From Candidatus Latescibacterota bacterium (GTDB lineage Bacteria > Latescibacterota > UBA2968 > UBA8231): a stretch of DNA of 64,000 nt. Position numbers and translations under genes: made by a program. Below are positions 37,361-47,451 of this stretch, piece after piece (the stretch's first letter is position 1; each line of letters opens with the position of its first letter). The notes beneath the pieces were generated by a model, which saw only the letters and a program-made list of their open reading frames with translations, was not told where the DNA came from and made no database searches. Where the stretch lies: positions 1,792,001 through 1,856,000 of the forward strand of contig OZ242005.1 of the NCBI GenBank assembly GCA_965204725.1, given 5' to 3'.

Positions 37361-38280
37361 ACGACCTCCTTCGCTTGCATTTGCCGCTCGGCCTCGGCCA
37401 GCGCATCGACGAGCGCGTGCAATCTCGGCAAGTCCTCAGCCGCCACGTCCTCGGCAAAGGGGATCACCGGCCCGCCGGCCAGCCCGACCCGCTCCATAGC
37501 CGCGTGCAGTGCCGAGCCGCTATAGCGCGCCATCCGCTCGCCGCGCAGATCCTCAAAGGGCACCATCTGCCGCCGAATCTCCTCCGCGCCGGCGCGATCG
37601 CCGGCTGCAAAACGCGCTAGGAGTGCTCGGCTCAGGCTGGGGACGAAGTTGGCCATCCCCGAGCTAAACCCCACCGCGCCAGCGGCCATGTAGTCGATAC
37701 AAGGGTCTTCGGCCATGCCGCAGACCATGGCCGCGTCCTCCCCAGCACCCGCGGCGATCGGCCGGAACGCTTCTAGGTCGTCAACGGCGTATTTAAGCCC
37801 CACCACTTCGTCTAGCCGACACAGCACCACTATTTGCTCGACCGGCATAATATCGAGCCGACGCTGATACAGTATCACGGGCAACTGGGTTTTCTCGGCA
37901 ATGGCGCGCAGGCCGACCGCAACGCCTCGGGCCGAGGCCGGCCCGACGATGGGCATGATCATCACCCCGGCGACTCCTACGGAGCGGGCGATTCCGCCCA
38001 TTTCCAGCGCTCGACCATACCCCGGCCCGATCCCCGGCACCACCAACGCCTCCCCGGCCGCCGCCTCCACAAAGGAGCCAACAACGGCCTCGTATTCGTC
38101 TAAGGTCATATCGTACACCAGCCCCGTGCCGCACGCCGGCATAATAAAATCGACGCCCCGTTCACAGAGAAAGCGCACGTTGCGACCAATCCCCGCCAAG
38201 TCAAGGCCCCGTTCTCGGTCGCGGGGCGCGATCGCGACGACCAACACATTGTGGCAATGTTCTTTTTGCAATGCTCTCAT
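37357..38280 (-). CDS. DHDPS-family enzyme (5-dehydro-4-deoxyglucarate dehydratase-like)
   Basis: ACGTG, ILYQR, VVGLKYAV, GFSSG.ANF.P. Confidence 0.8.
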   Translation of the reverse strand: MRALQKEHCHNVLVVAIAPRDRERGLDLAGIGRNVRFLCERGVDFIMPACGTGLVYDMTLDEYEAVVGSFVEAAAGEALVVPGIGPGYGRALEMGGIARSVGVAGVMIMPIVGPASARGVAVGLRAIAEKTQLPVILYQRRLDIMPVEQIVVLCRLDEVVGLKYAVDDLEAFRPIAAGAGEDAAMVCGMAEDPCIDYMAAGAVGFSSGMANFVPSLSRALLARFAAGDRAGAEEIRRQMVPFEDLRGERMARYSGSALHAAMERVGLAGGPVIPFAEDVAAEDLPRLHALVDALAEAERQMQAKEVV

Positions 38281-38289
38281 TTCGTGCTC

Positions 38290-38661
38290 CTAAGCCCAGA
38301 CGGTTTTGGCCGAAGTTGTGGCGTGTTGGTTGTAGTGCTCCAGATAGTCCTCGCGCGGCGGGCTGAAGATGTCGAGGATTTTGGCCGGTCCCGCTTCGAC
38401 GATCCCCCAGTGGACCACGTTGGGCGGAATCAAGAAGGCGTCGCCCGGGCCGGTGACGCGCTCCTCGGCCCCAATGCGAAAGCGGAAACGCCCGGCGAGC
38501 ACCAAGCCCGCTTGCTCGTGCGGGTGGCTGTGCTCGGGCACTTCGCAGCCCTCTTCCATGTCCAAAAACGAGAGCATCAGCCGCTCGCCAGCCACCAAGC
38601 CGCTATTGATTTGGGGAAAAAGCTCTACGGCCGCAAGTTCTGCGGGATTGATAAAGGGCAT
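38290..38661 (-). CDS. Cupin domain protein (KdgF-like)
   Basis: PEHSHPHEQ, IPPNVVH, DIFSPPREDY. Confidence 0.88.
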   Translation of the reverse strand: MPFINPAELAAVELFPQINSGLVAGERLMLSFLDMEEGCEVPEHSHPHEQAGLVLAGRFRFRIGAEERVTGPGDAFLIPPNVVHWGIVEAGPAKILDIFSPPREDYLEHYNQHATTSAKTVWA

Positions 38662-38678
38662 CGTCTCCTCCTATTCTC

Positions 38679-40010
38679 CTATTCGACAAAGCTCCGCAAC
38701 CAAGCATCGCCGCGATAGCGCGGCCACAGCGTGACAAAGCGACCGACCATGAGGCCGCTATAGGCCATCCAAGCACCGGCCAACTCCCAATCCAACCAGT
38801 ATATAAAAACCAACGCCGCCGGCACAAACACCCCAAAGGTGGCCAGCGCCATCGCCTTGAATAGATACCCCATATCGCTCGCGCCAATAAAAATTCCGTC
38901 AAAGACAAAGACCACGGCGTTCAACGGCTGGATCAGGGCGATGAGTACATAGAGCGAGCCGACCTGTTCTACAACTTCCCGATGCGGAGTAAACAGCGCG
39001 GCAATAGGCTCCAAAGCCGCGAGGTACGCCAAGCCAAACCCCGCCCCGAGCCCCAAGCCCCAGCCGATGATCCGCCGCGCAAACTGCCGGGCCTCGGCAA
39101 AACGGCGTCCTCCCACACAGCGGCCGACCAGCGTCTCGGCGGCGTGTGCAAAGCCGTCAACGGCAAAGCTGGTCAGCCCCCAGATCTGCAAAATCACGGC
39201 GTTGGCGGCCAGCGGTGCTTCGCCCATCCGCGAGACCATGCCGAGCGTAAAAAAACCGGCAAATTGCAGACAGAGGGTGCGGCCAAAGAGGAAGGCATTG
39301 GTTTGCAGCAAGCGCTTCATCGCCGACAGGTCCCACAGCCTCGTCGGCCACGCCCGCAGATAGGGGCGGTAGCGGCGGAGCAACAAAAACCCCCCGGTGG
39401 CCAGCGCGGCCCCATTGCCCAGCACCGAAGCCCAAGCCGCCCCTTCGACGCCCAGCTTGGGCGCACCCCACTTGCCGTAGATAAGCGCGTAGTCCGCGCC
39501 GATATTGACCGCGTTGGCAACGGTCGTAACCCAAAGGGGGGCTATGGCATTGGCGGTCCCGAGGAAAAAACCGTTGATCGTCATAACGCTCAGCGCGAGG
39601 GGGGCTTCCCACACCCGGATGGCGAAGTAGCGCGTGCCCCAGTGCTGGACTTGGGCAGACCCGCCGGCCAGCTCAAACCCAACTCGGCTGATCCAGTCGC
39701 CGGCCGCCACAACGGCCATGCCGAGGCCAGCGGCCACGATGAGCGAGCGATAGAGCACCGCCGCGCTCTGGCGTCGATCCCCGGCCCCACAGTACTGGGC
39801 CACCAAGGCCGTGGTCCCCATCCGCAGAAAGGCCAAGCACCAGAATATGGCGTTGAAGATCAAACTCGCCGTAGAGACCGCGCCCATAAAGGCCACTTCC
39901 GGCAAATGGCCGATCAACGCCGTGTCGGCAATGCCGATCAGGGGCGTCGATAGGGCCGCGAGGATATTGGGAATGGCGAGGCGAAAGATCCGGCGGTCGA
40001 GAGCCTTCAA
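38679..40010 (-). CDS. MATE family efflux transporter (DinF-like)
   Basis: LAIP......PL.G..DTA.IGH, FLRMGTT, 12 TM; start reassigned to TTG 40010 behind GGAGGA. Confidence 0.9.
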   Translation of the reverse strand: MKALDRRIFRLAIPNILAALSTPLIGIADTALIGHLPEVAFMGAVSTASLIFNAIFWCLAFLRMGTTALVAQYCGAGDRRQSAAVLYRSLIVAAGLGMAVVAAGDWISRVGFELAGGSAQVQHWGTRYFAIRVWEAPLALSVMTINGFFLGTANAIAPLWVTTVANAVNIGADYALIYGKWGAPKLGVEGAAWASVLGNGAALATGGFLLLRRYRPYLRAWPTRLWDLSAMKRLLQTNAFLFGRTLCLQFAGFFTLGMVSRMGEAPLAANAVILQIWGLTSFAVDGFAHAAETLVGRCVGGRRFAEARQFARRIIGWGLGLGAGFGLAYLAALEPIAALFTPHREVVEQVGSLYVLIALIQPLNAVVFVFDGIFIGASDMGYLFKAMALATFGVFVPAALVFIYWLDWELAGAWMAYSGLMVGRFVTLWPRYRGDAWLRSFVE

Positions 40011-40312
40011 TCCTCCGCCTCGGGACGCCAGCCAAATTGGTTCAGGTCGATGCGTTGCGCGGTAAAGACGACGCCTTCGTTGGCTAAAAGCGCGTATTGC
40101 AACAGATGATTGTGGCCGCTGCGCGGCGAGACCTTGCCTTGGGCGTTGATGATGCGGTGCCAAGGCAGGTCCCATTCTTCGGGCATCCCGGCTAGCGCAA
40201 AACCGACTTGCCGCGCCCGCCCCGGATAGCCGGCTAGCGTCGCGATCTGCCCGTAGGTCGCCACCTTGCCGTAGGGTACGCCGGCGATGGTCTCGTAAAA
40301 GGCCCGGCGCAT
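40007..40312 (-). CDS. Alkyltransferase-like DNA-binding protein (ATL/YbaZ)
   Basis: VPYGKVATYGQIA, ARQVG, PWHR (Trp replacing the catalytic Cys). Confidence 0.9.
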   Translation of the reverse strand: MRRAFYETIAGVPYGKVATYGQIATLAGYPGRARQVGFALAGMPEEWDLPWHRIINAQGKVSPRSGHNHLLQYALLANEGVVFTAQRIDLNQFGWRPEAED

Positions 40313-40319
40313 GGGGCTC

Positions 40320-40544
40320 TCAGCCGTTGGGGGCTGCGGCCTCATCGCGCCCCTCCAAAAAGTCGAGGGCTTTCACATAGCTGCGCTTGGCCAAGAAGTG
40401 GCGCAACTCCGCCGGGACTTTTTCGCCCAGCGCGTGGTCGAGTTCGTCGAGCCGCTGCAGATGCGCGGCAATCGCCTCGCCCTCGCAGTTGTCAATGGCC
40501 GCCAGCAGCGCTTGCAGGGTGGCGTGCAATTGGTCCAGTGCCAT
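40320..40544 (-). CDS. Small helical hypothetical protein
   Basis: Tightly packed in the operon; LRHFLAKRSYVKALDFL motif. Confidence 0.7.
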   Translation of the reverse strand: MALDQLHATLQALLAAIDNCEGEAIAAHLQRLDELDHALGEKVPAELRHFLAKRSYVKALDFLEGRDEAAAPNG

Positions 40545-40545
40545 C

Positions 40546-41268
40546 TCAAGCCGCCATGATGAGGTAGGAAAGCCACTCGGCGTGCGGGTTGCGGATCGCG
40601 TAGCGCGTGCCCGGGGGCAGGTGGATCATGTCTCCCTCCCGAATCTCCTGCTCGTCGCCCTCGGCCTCCAAGACCCCGCTGTTTTCCAGCACGTAATAGA
40701 CCTGCTCCAGCGTTTGGCAGCATCGCTCGACCGCCCGTCCGCGGGGCTGTACGGCCTCGCGGTCAATGCAGCGCAGCCCCTGCGTACAGCCCCCGTCCTC
40801 CTCGCCGACCGGGCCGAGCTGGTGCCAGCGCACTGCGCCCGCGCCGTCGCCTAGCGCCGGTACATCGCGCCAGTTGCGGATGGCAAACTCCCCGCTGTTG
40901 GCGGCGATCCTTTGGCTGATCACGTGGTGTTCGAGCCAGTCCTCGCTGGTGTCGTTAAACATCTGGTGATGGACGCCCGACGGCAGGTACACCGCGTCGC
41001 CCTCCTGCACGGGGAACCGCTCCGTGTCAAAGAGCACGTGGCCCCGGCCCGAGAGCACGTAGTACACCTGTTCGAGGTTTTCGTGCTTGTGGTAATCCGA
41101 ATTCTTGCGGCCCTGTAGCGCGTGGCGGGCAAAGCCCTGTAGCCGCTTGAGGCAATGGCGCGGATCCGGGTCGTCGTCGCCATCGCGGTCGCGCAACCCG
41201 CCCCAATGCACCGCGCTCAGATGGGCTATATTGGGTTGGACATCGCGCCAATTGATGATATACACCAC
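40546..41268 (-). CDS. Bicupin domain protein
   Basis: Two EQVYYVL...GD...LP.G repeats; GAGGAA RBS. Confidence 0.85.
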   Translation of the reverse strand: MVYIINWRDVQPNIAHLSAVHWGGLRDRDGDDDPDPRHCLKRLQGFARHALQGRKNSDYHKHENLEQVYYVLSGRGHVLFDTERFPVQEGDAVYLPSGVHHQMFNDTSEDWLEHHVISQRIAANSGEFAIRNWRDVPALGDGAGAVRWHQLGPVGEEDGGCTQGLRCIDREAVQPRGRAVERCCQTLEQVYYVLENSGVLEAEGDEQEIREGDMIHLPPGTRYAIRNPHAEWLSYLIMAA

Positions 41269-41292
41269 GTCTTATTCCTCCTTAATGGATGG

Positions 41293-42087
41293 TTACAAAG
41301 CGGCGATTTGGCGCATGCGCGCACCTAAATCGATGAGTTCTTCGCGGCTGCCGCCCACCTCGTGAATCAGGGTGGAATCGTATCCCACCGCTCGCAGGGC
41401 GGCCATGACCGCCGACCAGTCTGTATCCCCTTCGAGCAGGTTGACGAAGCGGTGCTCGCTGCGGCAAAAATCCTTGAAATGGACCTTCTTGATGCGCGGC
41501 CCCAACTCGCGGATCCAGTGCTCGGGGTAGCCGTAGGCCATCATGTTGGCCGTGTCGAGGTAAATCCCGACCCACTCGCTGCCGACTTCATCGACGAAGA
41601 GCCGAGCTTCGCACGGGCTGAGCAGGAACTTGTTCCAGACGTTTTCCAAGCCAATGGCCGCCCCCATCTGCTCGGCTAAGGGGGCGGTGCTAATCAGCGC
41701 GTCCCGCAACCCATCCCAAGCCTGCTGATAGGTACCCTCGACCGCTAGCTGGCCCGGGTGCAACAGCACCCCATCAACCGACAGCGCACCGGCGATCTCG
41801 AGCGAGCGTCGCAAGCACTGGAGGCACTGCTCCCGCTCGCTGGCATCGCGGCTGAGCAGGTTGCCGCGCTCTTGGTACCAGACGATGACGCTGCCGATTT
41901 CAACGCCCGCGTCCGCGCACTGTCGCCCGACCTCGGCGATCGCGTTGGCGCTCAGGCTCGGATCGAGGTCCTTGCCCTCGGCAAAGACCAATTCCACGGC
42001 TTGGTAGCCCGCGTCCTCGCACAACCGCAACGTGTCCTCCAGCGGCATGTCTCCCAAGATGATCTGGGTAATCCCTATTTTCATCAA
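41293..42087 (-). CDS. Sugar phosphate isomerase/epimerase (xylose-isomerase-like TIM barrel)
   Basis: GLENVWNKFLLSP, YLDTAN, VHFKDF, GDTDW. Confidence 0.9.
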   Translation of the reverse strand: MMKIGITQIILGDMPLEDTLRLCEDAGYQAVELVFAEGKDLDPSLSANAIAEVGRQCADAGVEIGSVIVWYQERGNLLSRDASEREQCLQCLRRSLEIAGALSVDGVLLHPGQLAVEGTYQQAWDGLRDALISTAPLAEQMGAAIGLENVWNKFLLSPCEARLFVDEVGSEWVGIYLDTANMMAYGYPEHWIRELGPRIKKVHFKDFCRSEHRFVNLLEGDTDWSAVMAALRAVGYDSTLIHEVGGSREELIDLGARMRQIAAL

Positions 42088-42209
42088 TAGTTCCTCCTCT
42101 TAGACAGAAACTTGGCCTTCCCCACCCGTTTGAAGCCTATACTCAAAATCGCTACGTTTGTCCTCCTAACTTCAACGCAACGTATCGCATAACATATAAG
42201 GAGGCCATC

Positions 42210-43100
42210 ATGGCAGAAACAATCGGCTTTGTCGGCGTCGGGCGCATGGGGTCCAACATGGCCCGCCACCTCGCGGACCAAGGCTTCACCATCTCGGCGG
42301 TGTTCGACGCCCATGCCGAAGCGGCCCAAGCACTAGCCCAAGAGCTTGGCTGCGCCGCCCCCCAAACCCTAGCCGAGGTTACGGCCCAATCGGACGTGGT
42401 CATCACCGTGGTGACCGACGACGCAGCCATGCGCTCCATCTTCGCTACTTCCGGCGACTCCCTGCTCACCGCGGCCGAGGGGACGACCTTTATCAACTGC
42501 GCCACCATCTCGCCGGCCGTCCACGTAGAAGTCGAAGAGCGCGCCGGAGCAGTCGGTGCCGCCTCGCTCGAAGGCTGCATGGCCTCTAGTATCACCCAAG
42601 CCCGCGAGGGCACCCTATACTTAATGTGTGGCGGCCAGCGCAGCGTCTTCGACCAAGTGCAGCCCATCCTCAACGCCCTGAGCGTTGACTTGCAGTACAT
42701 CGGCCCGGCCGGCCAAGCGGCCCAAGTCAAGGCCCTCGTCAACATGGTCATGAACATCAACACCGCCGGGCTAGCCGAGGGATTGGGGCTAGGGCAAGCC
42801 CTCGGGCTGGACCTAGCCATGCTGATGAAGGTCTTTTCTCAGACCGGCGCGAACTCGCGGGTGCTGGAAACCGACGGCGAGGACATGACCATCCGCGACC
42901 ACGAGTGCTATTTCTCCGCCGACCACGCGGCCAAAGATTCCGGCATCGCCCTCGAACTGGCGCGACAGGCCGGGCTTAGCCTGCCGCTGGCGCGAGCGAC
43001 CAAGGAGCAGTACGAGAAAATGAAAGCACTGGGCTTGGGCGACCTCGACAAATCGGGCGTGGCCGAGCTGACCTTTCCCGGTCGCAAGGGCACGGCCTAG
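42210..43100 (+). CDS. 3-hydroxyisobutyrate dehydrogenase family NAD(P)-dependent oxidoreductase
   Basis: IGFVGVGRMGSNMA, VKALVN, KDSGIA. Confidence 0.9.
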   Translation: MAETIGFVGVGRMGSNMARHLADQGFTISAVFDAHAEAAQALAQELGCAAPQTLAEVTAQSDVVITVVTDDAAMRSIFATSGDSLLTAAEGTTFINCATISPAVHVEVEERAGAVGAASLEGCMASSITQAREGTLYLMCGGQRSVFDQVQPILNALSVDLQYIGPAGQAAQVKALVNMVMNINTAGLAEGLGLGQALGLDLAMLMKVFSQTGANSRVLETDGEDMTIRDHECYFSADHAAKDSGIALELARQAGLSLPLARATKEQYEKMKALGLGDLDKSGVAELTFPGRKGTA

Positions 43101-43147
43101 CAGCCGCTTTGCGAGGGGCAGGTCGCCGCGGGCCTGCTCCTCGCCCG

Positions 43148-44155
43148 CTAGATTCGCCCGTGTCGGATGTCCACCATCCGCTCGGTCAGTTCAAACCGCA
43201 GCGCGTCCCCCGTAAAAAACCGCACGAATTCATCGACCATCACCGAGAAATAGCGGCCAAACGTCTCGGGCGCATACCAAGCGATATGGGGGCTGACAAA
43301 GACGTTGGGCAGATGGCGCAGGCGGCTGTCTTTGGGCAGCGGCTCGGGGTCGAAAACATCGAGTCCGGCGATGAGCTCGCCCCGGGCGAGCCGCTGCGTC
43401 AGTTCCTCGTAATCCACGACCGGCCCGCGACAGCAATTGATCAGGATGCGGCCGCGGCCCAACAAATCAAGCACCCGCGCATCGATCATTTTTTCGGTCT
43501 TGGGCGTGTGCGGCACTTGGACGACGAGGATGTCGGCGTGTTGCACCACCTCGTCGAGCGAGCCGCGCACAATGCCCAAGTCAGCGGCCACTTCCGCAGG
43601 CAAATACGGGTCGGCCACGCGCAGGTCCACCCGAAAGGGGCCGAGTAATTCGACCAACCGCTGTCCCACGTGCCCGCACCCGACCAACCCGACCTTCTTG
43701 CCGGTCAATTCGCCGTGGACAAAATCGTCGTTGCCCGCCCGCGCCCACTGTTCCTCCCCCGCCATCATAAGCCGATAGACCCCGGCCCCATTGCGCAGGC
43801 ACAAGAGCATCAGGGCCAAGTCCCACTCGGCCACCGGCGCGGCCGAAGCAATGTTGTCGGTATCTACGGCTAGCACCCCGCATTCCCGAGCGGCTACCAA
43901 GTCAATCCCCGTGCCAAAGCGATCGCCGCTGACGCCAGCGATCCGCAAGTCAGGTGCCCCTACAAACACAGCCCGCGTCAGCTCAGGCAACCGCCCCCCC
44001 AGACGGATCACGCCTTCGCAACCAGCCAACGCCTCAATAAGACCCTGCTCAGACAGCGATTCGGTCGTCTCAACGACCTCAACCACTTCCCCTAGACGCC
44101 CCAAATCCTCCGGCCTCGCATACCCAGACGGATCCACCAACACCTTAGACTTCAC
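43148..44155 (-). CDS. D-2-hydroxyacid dehydrogenase family protein
   Basis: VGLVGCGHVG, INCCRG, LDVFDPEPL, SPHIA; start reassigned to GTG 44155. Confidence 0.9.
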   Translation of the reverse strand: MKSKVLVDPSGYARPEDLGRLGEVVEVVETTESLSEQGLIEALAGCEGVIRLGGRLPELTRAVFVGAPDLRIAGVSGDRFGTGIDLVAARECGVLAVDTDNIASAAPVAEWDLALMLLCLRNGAGVYRLMMAGEEQWARAGNDDFVHGELTGKKVGLVGCGHVGQRLVELLGPFRVDLRVADPYLPAEVAADLGIVRGSLDEVVQHADILVVQVPHTPKTEKMIDARVLDLLGRGRILINCCRGPVVDYEELTQRLARGELIAGLDVFDPEPLPKDSRLRHLPNVFVSPHIAWYAPETFGRYFSVMVDEFVRFFTGDALRFELTERMVDIRHGRI

Positions 44156-44170
44156 CCCCCACCTCCCATC

Positions 44171-44204
44171 TTGTGTCTTTTGTGCCTCTTGTGCCTTTTG
44201 TGGC
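44171..44204. repeat. Short 9-bp tandem intergenic repeat
   Basis: TTGTGTCTT TTGTGCCTC TTGTGCCTT TTGTGGC. Confidence 0.7.
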
Positions 44205-44213
44205 CATCCCCCC

Positions 44214-45236
44214 TCATTCCCCCCGCCCCCCAAGCCATTCCACCGCAGCCTGCCGCCGCTCCTCCGGCGTCTGTGCGCTAGCCGGCAAGCGATACAATTC
44301 CCAAGCAATCGCGTGCGTCAAGGTCTCCCCCACCTGCAAATAGACCCAAGGACTCAACAGCTCTAGTTCCGTGTAATCCGGGCAGGTATAAACCTCCGCA
44401 CTCAGCCCCCCGTCCGGGTAGTGCTGCGTCGCATCGCGGCGAAAGAACTCGGCCATGACCACGTCGCCGACAATGCCGGCCAGCCAGCGATCCGAGTCGG
44501 CCCCGGTCTTCTGCGCCTCCACCGGATCGGGCACAAAAATGCCCAAGTCGCCCTCAATGGTAAAGTTGCCCCGGGCCGCGCTTTCGGCAAAGCCAAAGGG
44601 ATGATAGCGCTGCTCAAAGTGGCTGTGCGGATTGAGTGGATACAGGGTCTGTTCGGGCTGCTTGATCTGGGTGACGTTCCATATCGTGTAGCGCAGCGGC
44701 TCGACCTTAGCGTCGGCCAGCTTTTCGAGCCGCTGGTGAATTTCCACGCGCGTACCCCGCTCGGCCAAGCGGATCGCCCGCACGCTGCGCGCCCCGTTGT
44801 ACTCGCTCACCGGGCTGGTAATCACCACCCCCTCGGGCAACAACTCAGCCTCGTGTACCGCGCCGTCGAAAGCGTGGTCGGGCGGCCAAGCGTGCCCGTT
44901 GATTTCGACAAACTCGCTCTGCTGGTTGGGCCAGACCTTGTCGCCGCCGAAATTGGTCCACGTGTACTGGCCTTCCGCATCAACATTGGGTCGACCGTCG
45001 GGCAGCACTTGACCGTAGAGCGCCGGGTCGGACCAGAGGATGTTTTCGCCCCCGACGAATCCATAGTACATGATGCGACCGATGGCCGGCACCACGACTA
45101 CGCGCACCTCGGGATTTGCAATTTCAATCGAGTTTGCCCAGCCCTCGTATTCGATTTCCTCGACCGTGACTTGGGCCATAGCGGGCGCGGCCAGTGCCGT
45201 CAACATACCGCCCTGCAACCACTTCATTAACTTCAT
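44214..45236 (-). CDS. Exported DUF4380/galactose-mutarotase-like protein
   Basis: Signal peptide MKLMKW...AMA; IGRIM.Y...GGEN.LW, NFGGDKVWP, YPDGG..AEVY....YTELE; GAGGAG RBS. Confidence 0.75.
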   Translation of the reverse strand: MKLMKWLQGGMLTALAAPAMAQVTVEEIEYEGWANSIEIANPEVRVVVVPAIGRIMYYGFVGGENILWSDPALYGQVLPDGRPNVDAEGQYTWTNFGGDKVWPNQQSEFVEINGHAWPPDHAFDGAVHEAELLPEGVVITSPVSEYNGARSVRAIRLAERGTRVEIHQRLEKLADAKVEPLRYTIWNVTQIKQPEQTLYPLNPHSHFEQRYHPFGFAESAARGNFTIEGDLGIFVPDPVEAQKTGADSDRWLAGIVGDVVMAEFFRRDATQHYPDGGLSAEVYTCPDYTELELLSPWVYLQVGETLTHAIAWELYRLPASAQTPEERRQAAVEWLGGRGE

Positions 45237-45246
45237 TTTCTCCTCC

Positions 45247-46377
45247 TCATCTGAGTGCTGAGACGCCGCCGCCTTTAACCGCACGTGCCACTTCTTTCTC
45301 GACGTCGTCTCGCGTGACCATGGTGGTATCGCCGATGCACTCCTGGACCAAGATGCCGTGGGCGGCTCCCCACTGCACCGCGTCGGCGGCCCCTCGGCCG
45401 TCGAGCAGCGCTGCGATCACGCCCGAGGCAAAGGAATCGCCGCCGCCGGTGCGATCGGCGATTTCGATGTTTTCGCGCACGGCCGCCTCGTAGATTCTGC
45501 CCTCCTCGACATCGAAGAGCACCGCGCCCCAGTTGATGCGATCGGCCGTCAGCGCCCCGCGCAACTGCGTGCCGATGTACTTGAGGTTTGGATAGTCGTT
45601 GGCGACTTGGTGCAGCATCTGGGTATAGATCGCCAACCACTGATCAAAGCCGGCGTCCTTGGGCACCTTTTCGGTTTCGTAGCCCAGCGCGTCGTCAAAG
45701 TCGTCTTGGTTGCCGACGAGGAACTCGACATGCGGCACAATAGCGCGATTGATCTGGCGGGCGCGCTCCTTGTTCGGCTCCACCTTGGAGCGGTAGTTGA
45801 GATCAAAGGAGCGACCAACGCCGTGCTCGCCGGCCCTCTGCATGGCTTCTAGCGCCAGTGCGGCCGTCTTTTCCGAGAGCAAGGTGTAAATCCCGCCGGT
45901 GCTAAACCACCGCGTTCCCAACGCGCCGAAAAGGTGGTCCCAGTCCACATCGCCCGGCCCGATCGCGCGCACCGGAGTATGGGCGCGATAGTATTCGGTC
46001 ACCGAAGGCAAAACGCCCTTGCCGGCCCAAGTGAAGTTGATCCCATTGTGCAAGGTCCCCTTGGCGTCGGTGCTGAATGGGCCGTTGCCGCTGTTGTCAA
46101 ACCAGATGATATGCTTGGTGTCTAGCCCGGCTTCGCGCAGTTGGTTTTCGATGTTGCGGCCCACCCCGTCGTCAACAAGAGCCGTGATAACGGCCGCTCG
46201 CAAGCCGAAGCAGTAGCTCAAGCCCTCGGCGACATTGGTCTCGCCGCCCCCGTGCCAGATCCGGGCGGTGTGCGCCCGGGCCGTGGGCACCGAGCCGGGA
46301 TCGACGCGCATGAGGACTTCGCCCAAGGCGATGGCGTCGTAGTGGGTTTGATCGGCTGATTTGAGTTGGATGCCCAT
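45247..46377 (-). CDS. PfkB sugar kinase (2-keto-3-deoxygluconate kinase-like)
   Basis: GGGETNVA, SFDLNYR, DRTGGGDSFASG. Confidence 0.92.
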   Translation of the reverse strand: MGIQLKSADQTHYDAIALGEVLMRVDPGSVPTARAHTARIWHGGGETNVAEGLSYCFGLRAAVITALVDDGVGRNIENQLREAGLDTKHIIWFDNSGNGPFSTDAKGTLHNGINFTWAGKGVLPSVTEYYRAHTPVRAIGPGDVDWDHLFGALGTRWFSTGGIYTLLSEKTAALALEAMQRAGEHGVGRSFDLNYRSKVEPNKERARQINRAIVPHVEFLVGNQDDFDDALGYETEKVPKDAGFDQWLAIYTQMLHQVANDYPNLKYIGTQLRGALTADRINWGAVLFDVEEGRIYEAAVRENIEIADRTGGGDSFASGVIAALLDGRGAADAVQWGAAHGILVQECIGDTTMVTRDDVEKEVARAVKGGGVSALR

Positions 46378-46589
46378 GTACCTTCTTCCTCCTTAGTGTA
46401 GTTGACGTTATGGTAGGTTGCCCAACGCACAGAGCCGTTCGACAAAGTAACGGGCACTGGGGCACTGGTCGTGTCGGGCCGCTCGTCTGACATCAACTGC
46501 TCTGTTTTGCTCTAAGCGACACAATACAGGCACCACTTCGATCTTCAATCTGCGAATGGTCTTCGCGGTCATAGCGACACCCGCACTCG

Positions 46590-46625
46590 GCTGTTTTCCG
46601 CCCCGACGATGCCGATGGTCAGCAC
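46590..46625 (-). pseudogene. 5' stub of a Gfo/Idh/MocA oxidoreductase gene
   Basis: GTG directly after the amidohydrolase stop encodes MLTIGIVGAENS (Rossmann beta-1), then unrelated sequence. Confidence 0.5.
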
Positions 46626-46626
46626 C

Positions 46627-47451
46627 TTATGCCTCGCCAAACGGCCACAGCTTCAACACCGTCTTGCCCAGCACCCACTCCAGATCGTCCGGCGCGATGA
46701 ACTTCATCTCGTCGCGCACCACCGTCAGGGGCTGAGCGTATTCGGCCTTCGACAAGCACACCGGCCAATCCGTGCCCCACATAATGCGCTGCGGCCCGAA
46801 GGTCTGATACACCTCTTCGACCATCTCGTGCGTATCGGCCCAAGGATAGCTCTGCTTAGAAAGCGACCAAGTGTGGCTAATTTTGACATACACGCGGGGA
46901 TACCGGGCCATATCCATCAGCCAGCGCCGCTCCTGCGGGTTGTCGGGGTGGGCGCTGGCCATGTGGTCGATACAGCAATCCACCTGTGGGTAGCGGTCGA
47001 GAATCCGCGCCAAATCGGGCATCCGGCTCGACCCGGTCAGGATCAACATCGGGATCCCCAACTCCTCGGCGCGGGCGAAAATCGGGTCCATCCCCGGCCC
47101 CTTGAACCAATCGCCCCGCTCATCCTGTGACGGCGAGAGCCGCATCCCGTGCAGGCCGTGTTCCTCCGTCCACATCGAGATATGGTCGGGAGCGGCCGGG
47201 TCTTCGGGATTGATGCGTCCCACCGCCATGAAGCGGTCGGGATATTGCTTGATGACGTGGGCGACATAGCTGTTGTCCCAGCGGTAATGGATGACCTGCA
47301 CCAGCACGGTCTTTTCCACGCCGTTGGCGTCCATCAGCGCCAGCAGGTCTTCGGCGGTGTGGTCTTCGGCGGGCGGATTGGGGTTTTCCGCCGGCCAAGG
47401 AAAGGCCGGATCGTTGGTCCATACGTGGACATGAGGGTCGATAACGCGCAT
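46627..47451 (-). CDS. Amidohydrolase_2 family (L-fuconolactonase-like)
   Basis: IDPHVHVW, VLVQ, IDHM, YVKIS, MWGTDWP. Confidence 0.9.
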   Translation of the reverse strand: MRVIDPHVHVWTNDPAFPWPAENPNPPAEDHTAEDLLALMDANGVEKTVLVQVIHYRWDNSYVAHVIKQYPDRFMAVGRINPEDPAAPDHISMWTEEHGLHGMRLSPSQDERGDWFKGPGMDPIFARAEELGIPMLILTGSSRMPDLARILDRYPQVDCCIDHMASAHPDNPQERRWLMDMARYPRVYVKISHTWSLSKQSYPWADTHEMVEEVYQTFGPQRIMWGTDWPVCLSKAEYAQPLTVVRDEMKFIAPDDLEWVLGKTVLKLWPFGEA

